From: a bacterium
GTDB lineage: Bacteria > UBA8248
Length of the DNA stretch: 64,000 nucleotides
NCBI GenBank assembly: GCA_965261085.1
Contig: OZ253442.1
Span: 2,912,001-2,976,000 of the forward strand
Direction: 5' to 3'
The position numbers and the translations under genes are program-made. This document shows positions 35,538-45,002 of the stretch, piece after piece. The notes beneath the pieces are model-generated. The model saw only the letters and a program-made list of their open reading frames with translations, did no database searches and was not told the origin of the DNA. Position 1 is the stretch's first letter; every line of letters begins with the position of its first letter.

Positions 35538-37436
35538 CTACAGGCTGAATCCTTCCTCAAAGCGGATGTTGGCCGCTTGTTTGATTTTGTCCAGATATTG
35601 GTTGAATACCATCGCCTTCTTCAGGCGAAGCAGGCCCTGGAGGAAATTCGTTTTCTCGGAATCGAACTTTTTCATGTCCGTCTGCGGCCCCTCCAACACC
35701 TCGAACAAAATCACGTCATTACCGGATTGGGCCATCCCGAACCCACCCTTCTTGAGGGTGAATGCGAGATTCGAAAGCTCCTGAGAAGGCCCAAGTTCGT
35801 CGGGAACACCCGCTCGCTTGAAGGCTTCGGGCTTGAGCACCTTGAGTTTGAGGTCCTCGGCGATGGAGGAGAGGTTGTGTTTTTCATCCTTCAACTCCTG
35901 AAGCCGAAGCGCCGCATTTCGTTTCGCGAACTCGGCCCCCTTGAGGCGTATAAATGATCTCTCCACCTGTTTGCGAACTTCCAGGAATCTCGGAACAAAA
36001 GGCGCCCTTTTCGCCTCAAGGCGCACGAAGCTGACGCCCCTATCCCCTTCCTGTTCTCTGGATATCTTCTCCTCGCCGCTCAGGCCGAAGGCAAGCTCGC
36101 TCACGACGCCGGATGCAGGCGCCGTCTGCGAAAGACGGCCTCTTTCAAAGAAACCGGTTTCGCCCTTTTTCAGTCCGTCGTGGGCAGGCTCCGCTTTCTT
36201 GTCCTCCAACGCGTAGCGGATTTTTCTTAGTTCATTCTTCGCCCGCTCTCTGGAGCGCAAGGCCCGCAAATCTTCTTCCACTTGCTTTCGAACTTCCTCG
36301 AACGGCTTCTCGCCGGGCAACACCTTATCCCGCACCCACAGCAGGTGCATCCCGAAAGAAGTCTTCACCGGCCGGCTCACCTCTCCTTTCTTCAGGACAT
36401 AGGCTACCTTCTCCAACTCGGGCAGCATCTGTCCTCTGCCGAAAACGCCGAGCTCGCCCCCTCCCTTCGCCCCCGGGCCTTCAGAGTACGCTTTGGCCAG
36501 TTCCGTGAATTTTTCTCCCTTCATGACGCGCTCGCGTAGCGCTTCGAGCCGTTTCCGGCTCGCCTCGATTTGCTCTTCCTTCGCATCGGGAGAAAGCTTC
36601 AAAAAGATTTGATTCACCGCTACGCTCTCTTTGCGCGCATACGTCGCGCGGATTCGCGTGTAGTGAGAGCGCAAGTCCGCATCATTCAGTTTGATGTCTT
36701 TCTCCACTGCGGAAAACGGGAGATGCCACCATGACACCTTCCTTTGCGGACCGGTTTTGAACTGATCTTTATTTTTTTCATAATGGGCCATCAGGTCGGC
36801 ATCCAGTTTAGGCACGTCTGCGGCGAAGGTCTCTGGCTTCAGGCGAACGGCGGCCAACTTGATTTCCGCGTTTCTCCACTCATAGGCGCCCCGCGCTTCC
36901 TGTTCGTTGACCAACACGCCCAAGTTCACATAATCACGAAGCTGGTTGAGCAAAACGACCCGCCTTTGGTCCTCCTCGAACTGCCGGGGGGTGATGCCGT
37001 TCGACTCCAGGATGCTGCGATATCGCTGCGCGTCGAAATTCCCGTCTTTTTGAAAGGGGGGGAGCGTTTGTATCTGGAGGGCGACTTCTGAGTTCGTGAC
37101 CTCGATGCCGAGCCGCCGGGCTTCGCGCAGTTGAAGTTTCTCCAAAATGAGAGAATCGAGCGTCTGGCGCCTGAGGCCGAGCCGGCGTGCGAGTTCCTCA
37201 TTAAAGGCGGCGCCAAGCTGCCGCCTGAGCCTTTCCGCCTGCTGATAATAGCGTTGCTCGAATTCACGCACCGATATGGGCGTCTCGCCCACCCATGCCG
37301 CAACCCGGCCGCCGCCGGAGTTACTCTGCCTGTCCGAGAGCGCAAACCCGCCGAAAGAAACGAATGTGAGCGCTACGAAGCCGAGCAGCGCCTTCAGAAC
37401 CCAGCTTTTGCCCTTTTCCCTCAAAAAGCGAAGCAT
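35538..37436 (-). CDS. ppiD: Periplasmic chaperone/peptidyl-prolyl isomerase D (SurA-N + parvulin)
   Basis: N-terminal TM anchor; FQKDGNFD..RY; parvulin motifs F.ELAK.YS....GGELG and VKTSFG.H. Confidence 0.85.
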   Translation of the reverse strand: MLRFLREKGKSWVLKALLGFVALTFVSFGGFALSDRQSNSGGGRVAAWVGETPISVREFEQRYYQQAERLRRQLGAAFNEELARRLGLRRQTLDSLILEKLQLREARRLGIEVTNSEVALQIQTLPPFQKDGNFDAQRYRSILESNGITPRQFEEDQRRVVLLNQLRDYVNLGVLVNEQEARGAYEWRNAEIKLAAVRLKPETFAADVPKLDADLMAHYEKNKDQFKTGPQRKVSWWHLPFSAVEKDIKLNDADLRSHYTRIRATYARKESVAVNQIFLKLSPDAKEEQIEASRKRLEALRERVMKGEKFTELAKAYSEGPGAKGGGELGVFGRGQMLPELEKVAYVLKKGEVSRPVKTSFGMHLLWVRDKVLPGEKPFEEVRKQVEEDLRALRSRERAKNELRKIRYALEDKKAEPAHDGLKKGETGFFERGRLSQTAPASGVVSELAFGLSGEEKISREQEGDRGVSFVRLEAKRAPFVPRFLEVRKQVERSFIRLKGAEFAKRNAALRLQELKDEKHNLSSIAEDLKLKVLKPEAFKRAGVPDELGPSQELSNLAFTLKKGGFGMAQSGNDVILFEVLEGPQTDMKKFDSEKTNFLQGLLRLKKAMVFNQYLDKIKQAANIRFEEGFSL

Positions 37437-37686
37437 CAATGTTGCACTCCTTCCAAATCGACCGCTCATGCAATCGAGCACGAATTCAGCAACAAGCAAA
37501 AGAGAAAATAGCCCACCTCTCGTGTCATCGCAAACCGGACGAGGTGATTTTTACGGACTCTGCCCGCCACCCGATGAAATTTTTATCGAATCGAGACGCC
37601 TTTATCCTTGAAATTGGTGTTTTCCTTGATTATTCTCGCTTGGAGTGTAATCATAGGCCGTAGTAGAAATACCGCCCATGGAATGA

Positions 37687-38745
<1,059 letters not shown>

Positions 38746-38826
38746 CCGATATACTTCACCGAAGTTTCGGTCACTGCCCACAATAGCGCTATAGCGCGCA
38801 TTTCTGGAAATAAACCCTAGAATACT

Positions 38827-39660
38827 ATGTTTCAATTTTTAGCCGAACGCAGAAGTTTAGCCCTCCTCGTAGGGTTGTTTGTCGTCTGCTTCTCGCTTAT
38901 GACTCTGAGCGTGCGCTTTCGGGGTCAATCCACTTTGGTGGAAAGAGCGCTTCTCTCTCTCGTCGGGTCAGCCATCCAGGTAGCCGACATACCCAGAAAA
39001 TGGTCGGTCGAGCTCTGGCAAAAATACCAGCTCCTCAATAATGCACACGAAGAAAACATAGAGTTGAAGCAAAAACTGCAATCGCTCAGTGCAGATCATG
39101 CGCTGATGCAGGAATTGAAATTGGAAATCGCACGCCTCGAGAAACTGCTCGGCGCTTCGGGGAATCTCGCGGCGCCCGTTCGCCTCGCCCGTATTGTGGC
39201 CCGCCAGAAGAGCATCTATGGAGAATCGCTACTGATAGGCCTCGGATCGCGAGACGGCGTGCGCAAGAATATGCCGGTCATGCACCAGGCGGGCCTCGTG
39301 GGAAGAATTTCTCGTGTGGGGAACAACGTGAGCCAGGTTTTGACCCTGCTCGATTCGAGAAGCGCCGTCAACGTCATCGCCCAGCGCTCACGCGCGCAAG
39401 GGGTTTTCGCCATCTCCTCCGAAGGAGAGAGCGAGGTGCGCTACATGCCGTTCCACGTGGAAATGAAGCGTGGGGATCTGCTCATTTCCTCCGGGTTGGG
39501 GGGCATTTTTCCAAAAGGACTCCCCGTGGCCCATTTAGCGGAAGTCACAGACGTCAGAGGGTTGTTCCCGAAAATAAAGGCCAAAGCGATTGTGGATTTT
39601 TCAAATTTGGAAGAGGTGATGATCCTGATGACGAAGCCTAAGGAAAACCCTTGGAAATGA
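38827..39660 (+). CDS. mreC: Rod shape-determining protein MreC
   Basis: TM plus coiled coil, GLVGR and SSGLGGIFPKGLPV; position in the mre operon. Confidence 0.95.
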   Translation: MFQFLAERRSLALLVGLFVVCFSLMTLSVRFRGQSTLVERALLSLVGSAIQVADIPRKWSVELWQKYQLLNNAHEENIELKQKLQSLSADHALMQELKLEIARLEKLLGASGNLAAPVRLARIVARQKSIYGESLLIGLGSRDGVRKNMPVMHQAGLVGRISRVGNNVSQVLTLLDSRSAVNVIAQRSRAQGVFAISSEGESEVRYMPFHVEMKRGDLLISSGLGGIFPKGLPVAHLAEVTDVRGLFPKIKAKAIVDFSNLEEVMILMTKPKENPWK

Positions 39661-40178
39661 TTGTTTTATTTTATATTATACTCGCCATATTAACAATCGT
39701 CCTGCACACGTCGGTGGCGGATTATTTTTCGATCTGGATTGGCGCCAGGCCAGACGCTATGCTTCTTACGACAGTTTTCCTGGGTCTGCATCGTGACAGG
39801 GCGACGGGACTCATCGCAGGATTCAGTCTCGGAATTGTTGAGGACGTGCTCTCAGGGGGCTTGCTGGGTTTTAACGCGCTCCTCAAAGGGTTGATTGGTC
39901 ATTACACGGGCGGACTGAAACCCAGTATGACGGCGCGCTTCGTCATGTTTCAGTGCGCGGTGGTGTTTTTCGCCTCGATTTTCAACATCTTATTTTCTTT
40001 CCTTCTCGTGCGAATATTTTTACCCGATCAATTTCTGACCATCAGTTATTGGATAGATTCCATCAAGACGGCGGGTCTGAATGTCGTTTTGGCGCCGTTC
40101 GTCATCAGCCTTATGGGAAAGATGGAGGAAAAGGTGCTACCATCCGAAGCGGGCACGTCCTATCCGGAGCGATCCTGA
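39657..40178 (+). CDS. mreD: Rod shape-determining protein MreD
   Basis: Hydrophobic; PD motif and GF..G+..D; ATGA overlap with mreC. Confidence 0.9.
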   Translation: MIVLFYIILAILTIVLHTSVADYFSIWIGARPDAMLLTTVFLGLHRDRATGLIAGFSLGIVEDVLSGGLLGFNALLKGLIGHYTGGLKPSMTARFVMFQCAVVFFASIFNILFSFLLVRIFLPDQFLTISYWIDSIKTAGLNVVLAPFVISLMGKMEEKVLPSEAGTSYPERS

Positions 40179-40179
40179 G

Positions 40180-42081
40180 ATGAAAAAGTGGCAATTCAAC
40201 TCAAATCCCGAGACGAGTGACGCGCTCAAGCGCCGTGTTTTCATTTTCGGCATCTGTTTTGGCCTCATCCTCTTCGGCTTGTTCATCAGACTCTGGAACC
40301 TCCAGGTGATCCAGGGCGCAAAATTCCGCACCCTCTCCGAAGGCAACCGGATCGCTTACCGACTCGTGCAAAGCCCCAGGGGTATGGTGTTCGACTCAGA
40401 GGGAGAACTGCTTGCGGACAACCGTGCGTCGTTCAATATTTATCTGATCCGCGAAAATGTAAAAAAACTAAAACAGACCATTCGGCTGCTGGCCGAAATC
40501 ACGGAACAACCCTTCGAGGAACTCTACAAGAGAACCCGGTATGCGAATCCCTTCCGGCCATTCCTGATCAAGGCGGACATCAGCCGCAAAACCATGGCCT
40601 TCCTGGAAGAAAACAAGCCCGATTATCCCGGCGTATTCGTTCAGGTGACGCCGCTCAGGCAGTACCCCTCAAAAGAGCAGGCGAGCCATCTTCTGGGCTA
40701 TATGGCCGAGGTCAGCAACCGTCAGTTGCAACGCCTGAAAAAACAAAACTACCGGCAGGGAGATCTGCTCGGCCAATACGGCGTAGAGCGAACCCAGGAA
40801 AAATTCCTGCGCGGGCAGAGCGGCTTCAAGCAAGTGGAGGTAGACGCCTACGGAAGAGAGTTGCGCGTCGTCCGCCCGTTCGTGGAAAAACCGGGGAACA
40901 ACGTCTATCTGACAATCGACATCGAGCTCCAGAAAAAGGCGGAAAAGTTGTTCGAAGCGCATGAAGGCAGCATCATCGTCCTCGATCCATCGGACGGCGC
41001 CATTTTGGCCATGGTGAGCAAGCCATCCTTCAACCCGAACATCTTCGCCGGCGGCATCGACGCCAAAAACTGGAAAGGCCTCATTAATGACCCCTTGAAA
41101 CCGCTCGAAAACCGGGCTATCCGAGGCCAATACCCCCCTGGCTCGATTTTCAAAATCGTGATGGCTTTCGCGATTCTGAACGAAAAAATCGCCCGTTCCG
41201 ACGAAAAAATACGCTGCCACGGCTCGTTTCCATTCGGGAAAAAACTGTTTCGCGACTGGAAAAATGAAGGGCATGGGCCGATAGGCTTCACTCAATCACT
41301 CGCCCAGAGTTGCGATGTCTACTACTACACCAACGGCCACAAGCTGGGCATCGAGAGAATCGCTCGTTACGCGCGCATGTTCGGCTTGGGTTCGCCCACC
41401 GGTTTCGGAGCCACCGAAAAAGGAGGACTCGTACCATCGGATGCCTGGAAGCGCCGCCGATTCAATGAAAGATGGTATGAAGGCGAGACGATCAGCGTAT
41501 CCATCGGCCAAGGCTTTAATCTCATCACGCCCATGCAGGCCGCCAACCTCATCGCCACCGTGGCGAACGGCGGTTATCTCTGGAAACCCTACATCGTGAA
41601 AAAAGTGCTGAGCCCCGGCGGCAGAACACTTTTCGAATCCAGGCCCCAACTCATTCGCAAGATTCCGATCTCCCAGGACATTTTCCAGAAAGTTCGAGAA
41701 GGGCTCAAAGAAGCCGTCCACGGCAAGCGGGGTACGGCGAAGAAGGCCCAGGTACCGGGCATCTTCGTGGCCGGCAAGACAGGCACCGCCCAGACAGTCG
41801 ACCTCAAATACACGGGCCGCAAAAGAAAACCCGAAGAGTTGCTGCGGAAATTCCGGGACCATGGCTGGTTCGTCGCATTCGCCCCTTACGAGAACCCCAC
41901 CATCGCGGTCGCCATTTTGGGAGAAAACGCCGGCAGGCCGGGGTCTTTTTTCGCCCCATACGCAAAAGAGTTGATTTCCTTTCATCTCGATAAAAACGAG
42001 CAAGAGATTCTGGCTTCGAACGAAACGACTGAAGAAAAATCAGCCGCCTCAGACAATCGGGCGCCGGGAGAACGTAGATGA
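40180..42081 (+). CDS. mrdA: Penicillin-binding protein 2
   Basis: SxxK (PGSIFK), SCD and KTGTAQ motifs; position in the operon. Confidence 0.96.
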   Translation: MKKWQFNSNPETSDALKRRVFIFGICFGLILFGLFIRLWNLQVIQGAKFRTLSEGNRIAYRLVQSPRGMVFDSEGELLADNRASFNIYLIRENVKKLKQTIRLLAEITEQPFEELYKRTRYANPFRPFLIKADISRKTMAFLEENKPDYPGVFVQVTPLRQYPSKEQASHLLGYMAEVSNRQLQRLKKQNYRQGDLLGQYGVERTQEKFLRGQSGFKQVEVDAYGRELRVVRPFVEKPGNNVYLTIDIELQKKAEKLFEAHEGSIIVLDPSDGAILAMVSKPSFNPNIFAGGIDAKNWKGLINDPLKPLENRAIRGQYPPGSIFKIVMAFAILNEKIARSDEKIRCHGSFPFGKKLFRDWKNEGHGPIGFTQSLAQSCDVYYYTNGHKLGIERIARYARMFGLGSPTGFGATEKGGLVPSDAWKRRRFNERWYEGETISVSIGQGFNLITPMQAANLIATVANGGYLWKPYIVKKVLSPGGRTLFESRPQLIRKIPISQDIFQKVREGLKEAVHGKRGTAKKAQVPGIFVAGKTGTAQTVDLKYTGRKRKPEELLRKFRDHGWFVAFAPYENPTIAVAILGENAGRPGSFFAPYAKELISFHLDKNEQEILASNETTEEKSAASDNRAPGERR

Positions 42082-43220
42082 CAGGTGTTGCTTCTTCTCA
42101 ATCATCGCCTTTTCGGCGAGCCCTCTCGCAGATGGACTGGCTGCTCGTTCTAGCCACGCTTTTGCTCAGTTTGACGGGCATTTTCATGATATACAGCTCA
42201 ATACATTCGAACCCCGTTTTTCTTGAAAATTCCCTACACCTCAAACAAGCGCTGTGGTCATCTCTCGGATTCTGCGTCCTGCTGTGCATCCTTTTTTTCG
42301 ACTACCACACTTTTACGCGCTGGGCCTATCTACTTTACGCCCTCATCATCGTCCTGCTCATCGTCGTCCTCTTCTCGGGGCAGGTGGTCTACGGCGCGAA
42401 ACGCTGGCTCGTTTTCGGTCCCTTGCGACTGCAGCCCTCCGAACTGGCGCGTCTGGCGGTTATTCTCGTGCTGGCCAGGTATTTCGGCTCGCGCGCAGAG
42501 GAAACACCCATCGGTTTCCTGGAACTCATCCCGGCATTCTTTCTAACGATTGCGCCCGTTCTCCTGATTGTCCGACAACCCGATTTGGGCACCGGTCTCA
42601 CCGTCTTGCTGATAGCGGGAGCGATGGTCTTGGCCGTCGGCGTCAAAAGAAGAGTCATCCTCACCATCGGAAGCGCGGCGATCGCGTGCGCGCCGCTGGG
42701 CTGGTTTTTTCTCAAGGAATATCAACGCCGCCGTATATTGACGCTATTCAACCCCGACGCCGACCCCCTCGGCGCCGGCTACCAGAGCATGCAAAGCATC
42801 ATCGCCGTCGGCAGCGGGGAATTCTGGGGCAAAGGACTTCTCCAGGGAACGCAGAGCAGGCTTCATTTCCTGCCGGAAAAACACACCGATTTCATTTTCT
42901 CCGTGTTGAGCGAAGAACTGGGTTTTATCGGCAGCGTTACCGTGTTGGCGTTGTTCTTCATTTTCATTCTGCGGTGTCTGAGCGCAGCGCTGAACGCCGC
43001 CGACAAGGAAGGCGCCTTGCTCGCAGTAGGCATCGCCACGGCGTTTTTCCTCTACATCATCTTCAATATCGGGATGACGCTCGGCCTGATGCCCATTGTC
43101 GGAATCCCGCTTCCCCTGGTCAGCTATGGAGGGAGCGCCTCCATCTCGTCTTTCATCGCCATCGGCATTGTATTAAACGTCGGCATGAGGCGAAAAAGCC
43201 TCACTCCCCTGCTCGGCTAA
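42078..43220 (+). CDS. rodA: Peptidoglycan glycosyltransferase RodA
   Basis: QPSE, QPDLGT, HTDFIF..L.EE.G and SYGGS motifs. Confidence 0.96.
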   Translation: MTGVASSQSSPFRRALSQMDWLLVLATLLLSLTGIFMIYSSIHSNPVFLENSLHLKQALWSSLGFCVLLCILFFDYHTFTRWAYLLYALIIVLLIVVLFSGQVVYGAKRWLVFGPLRLQPSELARLAVILVLARYFGSRAEETPIGFLELIPAFFLTIAPVLLIVRQPDLGTGLTVLLIAGAMVLAVGVKRRVILTIGSAAIACAPLGWFFLKEYQRRRILTLFNPDADPLGAGYQSMQSIIAVGSGEFWGKGLLQGTQSRLHFLPEKHTDFIFSVLSEELGFIGSVTVLALFFIFILRCLSAALNAADKEGALLAVGIATAFFLYIIFNIGMTLGLMPIVGIPLPLVSYGGSASISSFIAIGIVLNVGMRRKSLTPLLG

Positions 43221-43225
43221 CCTCC

Positions 43226-44689
43226 CTACTCCCCGTATTCGTTCTCGCCCGGGGGCGGGGACGCGAAACTGTTCCCGATGGCGATCACGGCGTCGCGCCC
43301 GCCGTGTTGCTCGACCAGCGCCGCCTGCTCCGCCTTTGCGCGTCTATCCACCTCCTCGGGATCGAGGATGCACAAAAGACACGCTTCGAGTTCGGAGAGG
43401 ATGGATTGGTGCGCTGGGCTTTCGGAGAGGTCATGGCGTTCTTCGGGGTCGTTCTCCAGATCGAAGAGTTCAGGCTCGTGCCCCACGTAATGGATATACT
43501 TGTAGCGTTCGCGACGAATCATGAACAGTCCCGTCTTGGCGCCAAGCGCATGGAATTCACTGAAAATCTCGCGCTCGGGCTCATCGGGTTCGTTCGCGAT
43601 ACGGAACAAGGAGTCGCCATGCAGCCCTTTTTCCTCATCGCTATCGAGTAAGCCTGCGCAATCGAGCGCCGTGGGAAACAAATCGATGAGCGAGACCGGC
43701 GTTCGCGATACCTTCCCCCTCGGAACATCCGGGCCGGACACGATGAGCGGCACTGCGACGGATTCCTCATACATGGTGGATTTTCCCCAAAGACCGCGCT
43801 CGCCCAGATTGTCCCCATGATCGCTGGCGAAGAGCACCCGAGTATTTTCCCTGAAACCCGATTCTTCCAGGGCCTTCAGGATTTTTCCGACGTTCGAATC
43901 CACATAGCTGATCATGGCGAAATAAGACGCCAGAGCGACGCGGCGCTTGTGGTCATCGAAATAAACATCGTATGGAGCACATTCGTGAAGCGCCTCAATC
44001 CAGGGGTGCCAATCGTATCCACCAGAGGGGTGCGGTCTGGGCAGGGGGATATCTTCGAGCGGATAGAGGTCGTAAAACCCGGGCGGTCCGATGAAGGGAA
44101 AATGCGGACACGTGAGGGAGACGAACAACGCCCAGGGACGCTCGCCATGCTTGGGCGCTTCCCGGGCTATCCACTTGCAGGCTAAATCCGTGACTTCTCC
44201 GTCATACGCAATGTATTTGGAATCTCCCGGCCCGATGCGTTCGGCCATCCATTCCGGATGGTTCCTGGGCGGCAGACCCTTCTCATCGCGAACCGCGCTG
44301 TAAATATCGCCCACACCCCCTTTGGGCAAATGCAGGGGGATGATCTGCTCATCGAAACCGACGGGAATCTCGGCGCTTCGGTAATGAAGCTTGCCGACCG
44401 AGGTGGTTCTCACCCCGGCTTCCTGAAGGCGATGCCCCCAGCTCGGGGGCTCTCCCTCGTAGGGGTGCGCATTATCCCAGGCGCTAATTTCATGCACGTA
44501 TTTCCCCGTGGCGAAACTCGCGCGGGCCGGCACGCAGATGGGACAGTTCGTATATGCGCTCTCAAAGCGTGTGCCCGACGCGGCGAGCGCATCGATGTTC
44601 GGCGTTTTGACGATTGGATGGCCATAGCAACCCAACATTTTCTGGGTGTGCTCATCATCCATCAAGAGCAAGAAATTCATCGGCTTCAT
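43226..44689 (-). CDS. Formylglycine-dependent sulfatase (choline-sulfatase-like)
   Basis: CVPARAS..TG, GKLH, SDHG, KSTMYEES and ELFDLENDP.E motifs. Confidence 0.93.
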   Translation of the reverse strand: MKPMNFLLLMDDEHTQKMLGCYGHPIVKTPNIDALAASGTRFESAYTNCPICVPARASFATGKYVHEISAWDNAHPYEGEPPSWGHRLQEAGVRTTSVGKLHYRSAEIPVGFDEQIIPLHLPKGGVGDIYSAVRDEKGLPPRNHPEWMAERIGPGDSKYIAYDGEVTDLACKWIAREAPKHGERPWALFVSLTCPHFPFIGPPGFYDLYPLEDIPLPRPHPSGGYDWHPWIEALHECAPYDVYFDDHKRRVALASYFAMISYVDSNVGKILKALEESGFRENTRVLFASDHGDNLGERGLWGKSTMYEESVAVPLIVSGPDVPRGKVSRTPVSLIDLFPTALDCAGLLDSDEEKGLHGDSLFRIANEPDEPEREIFSEFHALGAKTGLFMIRRERYKYIHYVGHEPELFDLENDPEERHDLSESPAHQSILSELEACLLCILDPEEVDRRAKAEQAALVEQHGGRDAVIAIGNSFASPPPGENEYGE

Positions 44690-45002
44690 CCGCGAGACTC
44701 CTTGAATCGGTCAGAAATAGTTATGAATCCGCAGAATGATATCCCCAAAAACAACAAATTTGTAAATACCCCCTCTCCGAATTACGGCAAATCGCTCTCA
44801 TCCGCTTTCGACGATCCCACGCGAAGACATGCGCGTGAAAGCCGGCGGCGCGCGTTCCCCTTTTATCCTGGTTGCCAATTCTTTCCATTTCCTTCATTAT
44901 AAGGGAGCGGTTCGCCCAGACCCCCAAAAAGGCGCAGGTCGGGGAACGAAAGAAGAATATAAGCCCCTCGCATATGGCGAGAGGCTTAACAGGTTGATTA
45001 TA

